From: Pseudomonadota bacterium
GTDB lineage: Bacteria > Pseudomonadota > Alphaproteobacteria > Rhodobacterales > Rhodobacteraceae
Direction: 5' to 3'
Length of the DNA: 64,000 nucleotides
Assembly: GCA_039178805.1 (NCBI GenBank)
Contig: JBCDFC010000001.1
Location: forward strand, 534 to 64,533
This document shows, piece by piece, positions 47,907-56,869 of this stretch; positions within the stretch are counted from its first letter, which is position 1; every line of letters starts with the position of its first letter. Position numbers and translations under genes: made by a program. The notes under the pieces were generated by a model that saw nothing but the letters and a program-made list of their open reading frames with translations, was not told where the DNA came from and searched no databases.

Positions 47907-48827
47907 ATGCAGACCGCGCCATTGAGTTTCCTGCGCAGCCGCGCCTCGCGGATCGCCAGCAGGCTTTCCTCGCCCTCGACGGCGCTCGATTGCATCGAGG
48001 TACAGGTCGACTCGGGCGCGATGTCGGGCTTACGGTCGCGACTTACAGGCTCGCGGATCACGCTCGGCGGGAACGAGACCAACGACGTGCTGCTCCTCGA
48101 TGTCGAGAACCGAGATGCGGGCGTCGAGGTCACATCGCGTCGCAGCATCGTGGGCCCGCTCGTTCACATCGCCCCGCTGGGCGGAGCATCGGTCACCTGC
48201 GGCGGCACGGAAGTTGCGTCCACGGGTTTGTGGGAGCGGCTGCCCTGCCGGTTCGCGGTCGATGGCGTGCCGGTCACGTTGGACGCGTCTCGGGATCAAC
48301 GCGTGTTCTCTCCTTATGGTTTGGCGGCACTCGGCGCCGCAGCGGCAGCGGTGGCGCTGGTCCTGATGCCCGAGCCGAAGAGCGCCATGGTGGTGACGCA
48401 TGCTGGCGTTGCGGCAGAGACGGCCGCCACGCCGCTGATACAACTCGGCGCGGTCGAGCTCGAGGGGCTCATCGCCGAGGCGGGGCTCTCCGACTTCTTG
48501 AGCGTGGTCCGCGGCTCCGGTGGCACGGTCGATGTGACCGGCAATGTTCCAACCGCCTGGATGCCCGCTTGGCGCGAGCTGCGGATGGACTGGGACAGCC
48601 GCGCCGACATCCCCACGGTCACCAGCCGCGTATCAGAGCTCAAGGGCATCGACAGGCTGCCGCCCATCGCTGCGGTGCGGCTTGGACCCGAGCCATACAT
48701 TCTGCTCGCCAGCGGAGAGCAGGTGCGCACCGGCGACATTCTGACCGAAGGCTGGAAAGTCGAGCGGATCCAGCAGTCAGACTTCAGCCTCATCCGGAAC
48801 CGCGAACGCATCGAAATAGCGTTCTGA
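47907..48827 (+). CDS. sctD: SctD-like inner-ring protein
   Basis: FHA-like N-terminus (ITLGGNETNDVLLLD), one TM helix, periplasmic ring domain, C-terminal PYILLASGEQVRTGD...GWKVERI. Confidence 0.8.
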   Translation: MQTAPLSFLRSRASRIASRLSSPSTALDCIEVQVDSGAMSGLRSRLTGSRITLGGNETNDVLLLDVENRDAGVEVTSRRSIVGPLVHIAPLGGASVTCGGTEVASTGLWERLPCRFAVDGVPVTLDASRDQRVFSPYGLAALGAAAAAVALVLMPEPKSAMVVTHAGVAAETAATPLIQLGAVELEGLIAEAGLSDFLSVVRGSGGTVDVTGNVPTAWMPAWRELRMDWDSRADIPTVTSRVSELKGIDRLPPIAAVRLGPEPYILLASGEQVRTGDILTEGWKVERIQQSDFSLIRNRERIEIAF

Positions 48828-48863
48828 TCAATCGTCGGGGCGTAGCGCAGAAGAGAGATCGAC

Positions 48864-49274
48864 ATGTCCGACAATTACATCTCGCAGACAGGACCGAGCG
48901 GCACGCAGTTCGACGCGGGGCCGGTCGAGTTCGATCCTCGGATGTATGTTCCAGACGAGGTGGAGCAGGGCGTTCCTGACCTCTACGCGACCGTTCTCAA
49001 CACGGTGCTGCAACCGCCGAAGCTGCAGTTCAACGATCAGCTCAGTGACGAGGTCGCGTTCTTCGCCCCCGAACTAGAAAGCCTTCGTGGCACGTCGATC
49101 AACGATCTGGCCTGGCTCGTCTCCACGATGACGGTCGACCGCCAGGCCGAGGTGCTGGCCTCAGACGATCCGACCGCCCAGCGTGGTTGGATGAACTTGG
49201 TCGAGACGATGAAGATGCTCGAAGCGCTCTTCACGGCGAGGACGCGCGGTGGTGTGGACGCAGCGCAAGGCTGA
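48864..49274 (+). CDS. Putative SctX-like protein
   Basis: 136 aa with a C-terminal amphipathic helix, directly before a TPR protein; positional inference. Confidence 0.4.
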   Translation: MSDNYISQTGPSGTQFDAGPVEFDPRMYVPDEVEQGVPDLYATVLNTVLQPPKLQFNDQLSDEVAFFAPELESLRGTSINDLAWLVSTMTVDRQAEVLASDDPTAQRGWMNLVETMKMLEALFTARTRGGVDAAQG

Positions 49275-49289
49275 CGCAGGGACACGCGT

Positions 49290-49649
49290 ATGGGAGTTGG
49301 AACGGAGATCGATCTTGAGAACGGTGGGTTCGCGCCGGTCGGCCAAGAGGCAGGCAGCGGGCACCAGCCCTCCGAACGGGACGCGACCGATGTGCGCCTG
49401 CTCTGCGGTTTGGCTGCGGCGCACGCTCTCTTTGGTCGATACGAGAGCGCGGCCTCTCTTCTCGACTTCGCCGCCTGGATCGATCGAGGCGACCGCCGCG
49501 TCGACGAGCTGAAGGCGATGGTGGAGATGCGGCGCGGACGGCTCGACCTGTCGCTCGAAGCGATCCGCCGTTTGCGCGCCAAGGGCCATGCGCTACCGCG
49601 GCAACTTCGGCAGGTGGAGACGAGGGCAGCGCTGCGGGGGATCGAGTGA
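49290..49649 (+). CDS. TPR chaperone (SctY/YscY-like)
   Basis: LLCGLAAAHALFGRYESAASLL TPR-like helix pair. Confidence 0.55.
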   Translation: MGVGTEIDLENGGFAPVGQEAGSGHQPSERDATDVRLLCGLAAAHALFGRYESAASLLDFAAWIDRGDRRVDELKAMVEMRRGRLDLSLEAIRRLRAKGHALPRQLRQVETRAALRGIE

Positions 49650-49661
49650 TCTTTGGTGGCT

Positions 49662-50372
49662 TCAGCTTCGCGGTGGCTCACCGATGCGTCGCGGCACGTC
49701 CGAATTGATCGTCTCGTTAATGCTGCGCGTCGTGCCATCAAGGATGTTTACGAACAGCCAATGCTCATAGACCGTTTCGGCTCGCAGCCGAAGATGACTG
49801 CGCAGAGCATCGAGGTCGACCAGGACGCCGTTGTTCTCAGCAACGCCCGTGATCGTCGTCGTGTTCACATCGACGACTTCCTCAATGACCTCCTCGGTCG
49901 TCAGGTCTTCGTCTACGAGCAGCACCAGCTCGTCACCGGCAATCACGAGATCGGTGCCTTCGCTTTCGCTCAGATACACCTCTGCCAGCGTGCCCTCCGC
50001 GGTCTGGATGGTATCGACGGTGCCCGCATCGACCGCGATCACCTCCACTTCGAAAGCGTCGGCGTCGTCCAAATCGTCCAGGGTCTGCTCGATCGCCGCC
50101 GCCTCGGAGGGTGAGCGCTCTTCAGGTTCTTGCCCGTCGATCAGGGTGCCGAGCTCGTCGCGTCCCTCTTCGCTGTCGAGAAGCGTGTCGACATCCTCGA
50201 AGATCTCGTCGCCTACGATCTCGATCAGATCGTCCCCACCCACCTCGACCGAACCATCGTCCACCGGTAGCTCGTTCGACGTACCAGGTTGCGCGTTCGA
50301 TGCGATCGCCACATCGATCTGCTCGGCCACGGCGATGCTCTCGAGAAGGCTGAGCGAACGCAGATCGGTCAT
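49662..50372 (-). CDS. Extremely acidic hypothetical protein
   Basis: D/E-dominated ORF with host-like codons, no signal peptide; start ATG 50372. Confidence 0.7.
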   Translation of the reverse strand: MTDLRSLSLLESIAVAEQIDVAIASNAQPGTSNELPVDDGSVEVGGDDLIEIVGDEIFEDVDTLLDSEEGRDELGTLIDGQEPEERSPSEAAAIEQTLDDLDDADAFEVEVIAVDAGTVDTIQTAEGTLAEVYLSESEGTDLVIAGDELVLLVDEDLTTEEVIEEVVDVNTTTITGVAENNGVLVDLDALRSHLRLRAETVYEHWLFVNILDGTTRSINETINSDVPRRIGEPPRS

Positions 50373-50815
50373 GCGTGTTCCCCAGAATGCGGCTATCCGC
50401 ACAGCATCCCTACACATGTGCCTTGGGGAAGCCATTCGCAAAGCCACGCAGTTTTACCGGTAGTCCCTGAGCTTGTGCTTACCTGTTGCAAGACTTGGTG
50501 CCCCCGTCTGGGTGCGGTCTGGGCGTCGATCTTGAGTGTAGTTCGCACGTCGCCTGAGACCGCCTGAGGCCATGCGCGAGGCTCAAATCGAGCGGGGGAG
50601 CCGATCTCGGTTCAGGTTCCGCGGGGTGCGGGACGCGTCGCCCCAAGTTACTCAACGACACCCATCGCCAAAGCTCCCGCTTTCGTGAGCCGCTCAGAGG
50701 TGCGGTCCAAATCAGCGAGCTGCTGTGCGCTACGACACATTTGGATCCCTCGACGAAAACTACCTGCGGTTGATCGATGCCCAGTAAGGGCGATAATTTT
50801 TTGGGAACCAAGCAA

Positions 50816-52192
50816 ATGAAAATCACTGTTGTCGAAGCAGACGAGACAAAACTTATAGAAAAACCCGCGTCGACCGTTGTCGAGATACTGCGCGCGGTGC
50901 GAGAGGCTACAGCCGACACCGAAGCGCATGAGGCCGCCGCGGCGATCACTCTCCTCGCCGACCTGTTGGCCGCGCTTGGCGACGATGCATTGGTCAGCGA
51001 GCAAGCGTTGCTCGATGCGCTGATGACCTCCCCAGAAGTCGACGCAATCCTGGCAGAAGCGGACCTCAACGCCGAACGTCTCTTGGAGATGATCGCTGTG
51101 TACCCCGCGGTGCGGACGCCCGGCGACGGCCCAAGTGGCTTAGGTGATCCTAGGTTGATGGATGGAAACGCCGAGGAGGATTTGACCTTCACGCCAGAGG
51201 AAGTGGCTGAGTACGACCAGCAGTATGAAATTCACAGGTGGCTCGCCGGATATGGTGAGAAACCCGCTTTCGTGTCGAGCAAGTTATCACGTGAAGACGC
51301 GCTATTGCTCTTTGACTTCGAGGATACAGCTGCAGCGCGTAAGTCATTCTTAAGTGAGTACGGTGCTCATGATGACAAAGGTAACCCTTTGACACCATCT
51401 GATGGGAATGAAGAACCAGGTTCGACGAGTGCCGACAAAGGTTGGTTTGCCGGTTTCTGGGACGCAATCGCAGGAGCCCTCGGAAGCTTCGTCGACGCCG
51501 TTGTTCATGCTGTTGAGGTGGTGGTGGATGTTGCGGTCTCTTTTGCAGGGGCAGTTGCTGACTTCTTCGTTGCCACTTGGAATTGGCTTACAGGTTCGCA
51601 TGACGAGGCTGGCGCGGAAAAAGGCTCTCCCAGTGACAGTGAAACGGACGGCGCCGAGGGCGATGACGGCGGCGATGGCGATGAGGCTTCTGGGGACGAG
51701 ACCGATCCAGAAGATGATGAGCCGGACGATGCCGGGGATGAAGAGGGCGAAGGAGATAAGGAAAGTCTGACGGAGCCCGACCAGGGAGGTGGTTCTGCGG
51801 CCGGCTACGAGACTTTCGTCGCCAAGCGTGACCGTTCGGACGACAATCATGGCGGCACATCTCAACCTGGATCCGACGATCAGGATAACGACTCCGACAC
51901 GGTTCCTGAGGACGACCCGCTGCAGCCATTGATCAATCCGGGTTCGCCGGGCGTCGATGGGGGCCCGCACGACCCGGACAGCGCGTTTAAGTTCTTCGAT
52001 CCCGAAGATCTGTTGGGCCTTAGTCCTCTGACGCAGCCAGATCCGAACGATGTACCCGGCAATCCCGACCTGCCGCCGGACGACAATCGCGAGGGTTGGC
52101 GGTTCGTCGAGATGCCTGGACCGGAGCTGGGAACTGGAGAGGGCTCGTTCGCACAAGATGCCTTCGGCAAGATCGACAACTTCGACTTCTGA
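50816..52192 (+). CDS. Acidic low-complexity protein with a central amphipathic segment (candidate secreted substrate)
   Basis: GWFAGFWDAIAGALGSFVDAVVHAVEVVVDVAVSFAGAVADFFVATWNWL followed by a D/G/P-rich tail. Confidence 0.75.
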   Translation: MKITVVEADETKLIEKPASTVVEILRAVREATADTEAHEAAAAITLLADLLAALGDDALVSEQALLDALMTSPEVDAILAEADLNAERLLEMIAVYPAVRTPGDGPSGLGDPRLMDGNAEEDLTFTPEEVAEYDQQYEIHRWLAGYGEKPAFVSSKLSREDALLLFDFEDTAAARKSFLSEYGAHDDKGNPLTPSDGNEEPGSTSADKGWFAGFWDAIAGALGSFVDAVVHAVEVVVDVAVSFAGAVADFFVATWNWLTGSHDEAGAEKGSPSDSETDGAEGDDGGDGDEASGDETDPEDDEPDDAGDEEGEGDKESLTEPDQGGGSAAGYETFVAKRDRSDDNHGGTSQPGSDDQDNDSDTVPEDDPLQPLINPGSPGVDGGPHDPDSAFKFFDPEDLLGLSPLTQPDPNDVPGNPDLPPDDNREGWRFVEMPGPELGTGEGSFAQDAFGKIDNFDF

Positions 52193-52199
52193 TCCCGAT

Positions 52200-52228
52200 G
52201 GCCGGTCAGCGGTAAGTGCTGACCGGCC
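52200..52228 (+). terminator. Hairpin after the 50816 ORF
   Basis: ggccggtcagc-ggtaagt-gctgaccggcc, a perfect 11-bp stem 7 nt after the stop; no U-tract. Confidence 0.55.
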
Positions 52229-52537
52229 TCGCCGAACGTCGTCAACTCCGGCTCAGCGATTTCGTCACAACGCCCGCTCGCGAAGGCGGGCGCTTGGCCT
52301 GATCGAGGAGGAGAGACTTCTTTCAGGCCGGGCTTGAACTGTCGGTTCGCACGGCCTTGTCGAGAAGGCCCTCGATCTACAGATGAACTCGTTCCGCTGT
52401 GACGCTGAGAGAGCTCTCGGGCTGAGATCCGCTTCTCAACGTCGTCCAACGCCTGCGCCCCACCTGCGATTGAGGACCAGGTCTCCGTCGCATGACGGCG
52501 CCACCGGCGCGGTTCGATTTGCTGCTTTGCAGTCTCC

Positions 52538-55500
52538 TCAGAAGATGAAGATGTCGGGCGTGATTTGATCCGCCTGCGCTCCGGGTAAGAACAGGTCGCC
52601 TTCGCCGAGGAGGAGTGTCGTGCCGTCTTCCTCCGCCAACACCTCGACGTCGTCGGGTGTGCCGAGGCCGGTGATGTCGATCAGGTCGAGTGCGGGGTCG
52701 AATTCCGTCACGACGCTGTAATCGACCTCGGGGAACCGGAACTGATCCGCTCCCGCGGTGCCCTGCAGGACACCAGAGTTAGGCTCGCCATTGTCATCAT
52801 CCGCATCGCTATACTCCCCAACGCGATTTTCGACGAAGGATTGGATCGTGGCACCGTGCACCGCGTCCGTCTCGCCGGAGCGCGCAAAGGAGAGCGCAAG
52901 CTCGACCAACCCGAGCTCGGGCGCGCGCGCCATCACATCCGTCCAGAATGCAAAGCCTGCCGTGTCAGGGGCCCGGTCGAATGCTTGCGTGTAGAAGCTC
53001 GTCACCATCTCCGCGATCGTGGCGTCGCCATAGAGAGCGTCGAACTCACCAGCGGTGGTGAAGGCCCACGCTAGGTCGCTGATGCCGAAGGACGCGTTGC
53101 CCGACAATTGGTCCAGCCAGAAGTCGAAGCCCTCGCCATCGGGCATCCGCCCGTAAAGAACGATGTAGAGCTTTGCCAAAAGCGCCGCATCCCCCGACAG
53201 CGCATCGTCGTCGAAGGCCCGATCGTCGTCGTCATCGTCGTCATCGTCGTCACCGTCATCGTCGTTGTCGTCGTCGTCGAGATCTTGCTGAAGCAGTTGG
53301 ATCAGCGGACTGACCGATGGTGGAAAGGTCTCGAACGGCGGCAAGGCCGGTCCGACGACACCGCCCTCAACACGTCCATCCGGCGTGGCACCCTGAGGGA
53401 TCAGCGCGCCGCCGAATGAGATGCCGTAGAGATCCTGCATCTCCGCATTGGTTAGCCCTACCAGTTCCTCAGGCAGGTAGAACGCGAGTTCGCTGCCTTC
53501 GGGGACCGGGACGAAGTCTGCGGCTTGCTCATCGAAGAACAGGCCGACCGGCGCTTCACCCTCCTCCGCAAAAGTGATCCGGTCGGGAAGAAGATGCGCG
53601 GCAAGCCCTTCGGGCGGTTCGAACTCCTCGTCATTCTCCTCCTCGTCGTCTTCATCGAGGCTGTCCTCGTCGGCAAAGAACTCGAGATCGGAGAGAAAGT
53701 CCTCCTCGAACGCTTCGCCCTCGAAGAGACCGCCGCCGAAAGCAAAGTCCGCCGTTGGATCCAGCACGATGTTCTGACGCTCACCTTGGGCTTCAGGTGT
53801 CCCCTCGAAGCTTGGGCCGAGCGGTGTGAACTCCACGTCGCTGATCTCCAGGTTGCGCGGCTCGCCAGCCGGCAGTCCGATGCGGATACCGCTGATTGCT
53901 GAGATCTCGGCGCCGTCGATGCTGGCGTCGCCCTGGCGCGGTGCGGTGAGGCCGATCTGGAAGCCGTCGATATCGACATTTCGGACAGTGAAGTTGTTGT
54001 CGTTGGCGAAATGGTCGAGCCGGAGCCCGATCGACTCTTCCGCCCCCGTGCCCAGCAGCGAAACGTTCTCGAAAGTTAGTCGAGAGGCGTAGGGAACATC
54101 GATGCCCGAAAGTCGGATGTTCCAGAAGTCGATGTTGGAGAAGGTTGATTGAAGCTGGTCCTCGTAGGCTTGAGGTACGGGTGCCAGCAGCCCCTCTTGG
54201 ACCAGCCCCTCATCGGCGTCATCGCGGTTGTCGGTGTGCAGGTAGTGGATCTGCAAACCCTTGGTGGCGGCGTAGGCGACATTGCCGTCGAAGCTCGGCA
54301 CTGGAACATGCTTGGTGCGGACCAACGTGCCGTCCGGCCCGATGAGGTCGCCGTTCGGCAGGTCGGCTACATCGACGAGCCTCTCGCCGAGCCCACGCTC
54401 AACCAGGCCAAGCTGCCAGTAGATGTAGGCATGGCCCGTTGCACCGGAGACGACGTTGCCGTCCACCGTGACGCCTGAGCCGTGGAACCAAAACCCGTCA
54501 CCCTGGAAGCCATAGTCCTGGGTCTCGGCCCGTGCGTCTGGCGCTTGACCTGCATCGAGCTCCGCCTCGGCCGGGTTTAGGTTCGCATCGGGGTTCACCG
54601 TGCGAATTGCGATGTTGTCGATGAAATTGCCGACCTCGTCACCGGCTTCGGTGTTGTAGGCGGCTCCGACGATGTTGTGGCTGACATTGCCGATGAAATC
54701 GACATTGGATGAGTGGTTCACATAGGCCCAGCCAGGGTCGTCGCGCACCACCGCGCCTTCGACGCGTCCGGGTTCGCCCTCGGTCCCGCCGCGGTGGAAA
54801 TGGACCGAGTATCGGCCGCGCACATTCGCACCGCCGAGGTCCATCACTTCGGTGTTCTCCGCACCGATCGACGCTTCGTTACCGGTCTCCAGCACCCAGT
54901 CGTTGAGACCAGCGCGTTTATCGCTGCGGCCGAGATCGTCGAAGCTCACGTAGCGAATGTCGACATCGTTCGTGTGCATGAACATGACGTGGCCGCGGTT
55001 CAGCGCGCCATCGTTCTCCGAGGTAATCTCGACATTGCGCGTCAGGTTGGCGACATGGACGTCGAGGCCGGGTTGCGGGGCCACGTGATCGCGCATGAGC
55101 GGCGTTGAGAAGCTGACCGTTGCACCGTCGACGGCTGTGATTGTGACGACCTCGTCGCCATCGGGATCGTTTGGGTCCGTCCCTGCGATGGTGATCTCAT
55201 CGCCGACCTGCCAGCCGACGGGGATCGTGCTCAGCGTGATCGAGTTCGCACCGGCCACGGGCTGCTCGGCAAGCGTGGTGAAGCCGGTCTTCTCAGCGCC
55301 ATAGATCTCAGTACGGCCGTGCAGAAGCGCGCCTCGGCTGATCAGGGCCGGATCCCAGTTACGGTCGATCACCCCGTCATCGGCGAAGATGAGCATTGCC
55401 GTCACGCCCGCTTCGATGGGCGCCGCTTCGCTGCCGATGCGGAGCGTGCCTGTATGCGACGTGACCAGCGTGTCGACCTTCAGCTCGGTATCGCGATCGG

Positions 55501-55807
55501 TCGCGAAGCTCAGCGTGCCATCGGCGCGGATCGTCTTGATCTCGGGCGCGAGGCGTTCGTCAACGGTGACAGTGAGGTTCTCGGGGATCCAAACGCGTGC
55601 GCCTTCGGTGGGAACGCGGCCCCCTTCCCAGGTGTTGGGATCGCTCCAGTTACCGCTCGCGATGGCTCGATGGGTCACCGCGTCCAGCGGGACCAGCGCC
55701 ATCGCGGGGCCCATATGCGCCGGCGACATGCCACTCTCGGAGTGTCCCCCACGCATCCCGCCCTGCGTCGTCCCCTGCATCGTTCCGTGGTGCTGATCCG
55801 CGTCCAT
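52538..55807 (-). CDS. G8-domain beta-helix exoprotein with poly-Asp linker, DUF4214-like domain and RTX-like C-terminus
   Basis: SGNWSDPNTWEGGRVP (G8), VANLTRNV, RGHVMFMH, GRYSVHFH, LYIVLYGRMPDGEGFDFW and LQGTAGADQF...TEFDPALDLID...IFIF. Confidence 0.85.
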   Translation of the reverse strand: MDADQHHGTMQGTTQGGMRGGHSESGMSPAHMGPAMALVPLDAVTHRAIASGNWSDPNTWEGGRVPTEGARVWIPENLTVTVDERLAPEIKTIRADGTLSFATDRDTELKVDTLVTSHTGTLRIGSEAAPIEAGVTAMLIFADDGVIDRNWDPALISRGALLHGRTEIYGAEKTGFTTLAEQPVAGANSITLSTIPVGWQVGDEITIAGTDPNDPDGDEVVTITAVDGATVSFSTPLMRDHVAPQPGLDVHVANLTRNVEITSENDGALNRGHVMFMHTNDVDIRYVSFDDLGRSDKRAGLNDWVLETGNEASIGAENTEVMDLGGANVRGRYSVHFHRGGTEGEPGRVEGAVVRDDPGWAYVNHSSNVDFIGNVSHNIVGAAYNTEAGDEVGNFIDNIAIRTVNPDANLNPAEAELDAGQAPDARAETQDYGFQGDGFWFHGSGVTVDGNVVSGATGHAYIYWQLGLVERGLGERLVDVADLPNGDLIGPDGTLVRTKHVPVPSFDGNVAYAATKGLQIHYLHTDNRDDADEGLVQEGLLAPVPQAYEDQLQSTFSNIDFWNIRLSGIDVPYASRLTFENVSLLGTGAEESIGLRLDHFANDNNFTVRNVDIDGFQIGLTAPRQGDASIDGAEISAISGIRIGLPAGEPRNLEISDVEFTPLGPSFEGTPEAQGERQNIVLDPTADFAFGGGLFEGEAFEEDFLSDLEFFADEDSLDEDDEEENDEEFEPPEGLAAHLLPDRITFAEEGEAPVGLFFDEQAADFVPVPEGSELAFYLPEELVGLTNAEMQDLYGISFGGALIPQGATPDGRVEGGVVGPALPPFETFPPSVSPLIQLLQQDLDDDDNDDDGDDDDDDDDDDRAFDDDALSGDAALLAKLYIVLYGRMPDGEGFDFWLDQLSGNASFGISDLAWAFTTAGEFDALYGDATIAEMVTSFYTQAFDRAPDTAGFAFWTDVMARAPELGLVELALSFARSGETDAVHGATIQSFVENRVGEYSDADDDNGEPNSGVLQGTAGADQFRFPEVDYSVVTEFDPALDLIDITGLGTPDDVEVLAEEDGTTLLLGEGDLFLPGAQADQITPDIFIF
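53221..53278 (-). repeat. GAC/GAT trinucleotide run encoding poly-Asp
   Basis: Encodes DDDDNDDDGDDDDDDDDD. Confidence 0.9.
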
Positions 55808-55861
55808 TCCGCCCTCATGCCGCTTGGTCTCTGTTCCGGCCGTGATACTGGAGGGTGTGGA

Positions 55862-55900
55862 CTGTCAGTTCGCTGACAGCGGCTGTCAGCGAACTGACAG
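55862..55900. promoter_or_regulatory. Perfect 19-1-19 palindrome; bidirectional OmpR-family operator candidate
   Basis: ctgtcagttcgctgacagc-g-gctgtcagcgaactgacag holds two GTCAG-N6-GACAG units on each strand, between divergent genes. Confidence 0.75.
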
Positions 55901-55957
55901 GTACGGCGCGCTATGCCTGAGCTCTTGGGTGGGGTTCTTGGGGGTTGAGAAGGGGTG

Positions 55958-56869
55958 ATGCGGACGCACGGCTCTCGATGGCGCGAGCTTGTCATGAGTG
56001 CAATGATCTTGGCTTCGTCGCTACCATCGAGCGATGCGTGGGCCGAGACGACCTGTCCCGGCGGCGATGTCAAAAGCTTCGTAGAGCTTGCTGAGCGTCT
56101 AGGAGAGCTCGAGGACTTGACCGTTTTGGGGGCCGAGCTGCTGGTCAGCCCGACCCGAGCCTGCCGCGAAACCTGGGTCGTCGAGATCCTGAACGAGGAA
56201 GACGAGGTCAGGGCACTCCTCCTCGACGCACGAACGCTCGAGATCCGGATCGTCGGCGATGGCGGTCTTCGGACAGCGGAGGAGGACGACGAGGACTTTC
56301 GGATCAGCCACATCCTCCTCGAAGGACGCCCAACGCCGGATCTGATCGAGGGCGACTGGAGCGATGATGAGATGCATGGCGGGCCGGGACGCGACGTTTT
56401 TGTCGTGACCCCTGGCAGCGACGTCATTCTCGATTTCGAGCCGAACGAGGACCTCCTCGAGTTCGGCGATTTTGCGCGTGTTGAGGAAGGTTTCGGCACG
56501 CTCCAGTCGCTCGCCGAAGTAACCGGCGCCTCGCGCATGATCCGATGGGAAGGTCGCTCCGCCCTTCAGATCGATATCGATGGGGCCGTCAGTGATTGGT
56601 CGGTAACGCTCGTCGGCGTCGGCCTCGGCGATCTGACTGCGGAGAACACGCATTTTGGAGACGAAGAGCTGCCTGAAGCGTTTGAGCCGACCCATTGGCC
56701 AGAGCGGACGGCTGAGTTCTCCGATGGGACGATCGTCCTCTTCGAACCGTATCCGATTGCCGCCCCCCCACCTGGGGGTGAACTCCTCGAGGGCGATCCA
56801 CATGTGCTCGAACAAGTGCGTGACGTCTTGCAGGGGATATTTGAGGATATCGACGGGGAGGATGAGTAA
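55958..56869 (+). CDS. PepSY-domain protein fused to RTX-like Ca2+-binding repeats
   Basis: Signal-like N-terminus, PepSY-like VLGAEL...WVVEILNEEDEVRALLLDARTLEI, then DLIEGDWSDDEMHGGPGRDVF...DVILDFEPNEDLL. Confidence 0.65.
   Translation: MRTHGSRWRELVMSAMILASSLPSSDAWAETTCPGGDVKSFVELAERLGELEDLTVLGAELLVSPTRACRETWVVEILNEEDEVRALLLDARTLEIRIVGDGGLRTAEEDDEDFRISHILLEGRPTPDLIEGDWSDDEMHGGPGRDVFVVTPGSDVILDFEPNEDLLEFGDFARVEEGFGTLQSLAEVTGASRMIRWEGRSALQIDIDGAVSDWSVTLVGVGLGDLTAENTHFGDEELPEAFEPTHWPERTAEFSDGTIVLFEPYPIAAPPPGGELLEGDPHVLEQVRDVLQGIFEDIDGEDE

Noticed and set aside
53205-53285. CRISPR array or phase-variable repeat
   Set aside because: It is an in-frame mixed GAC/GAT run encoding poly-Asp, with no spacers or cas genes.
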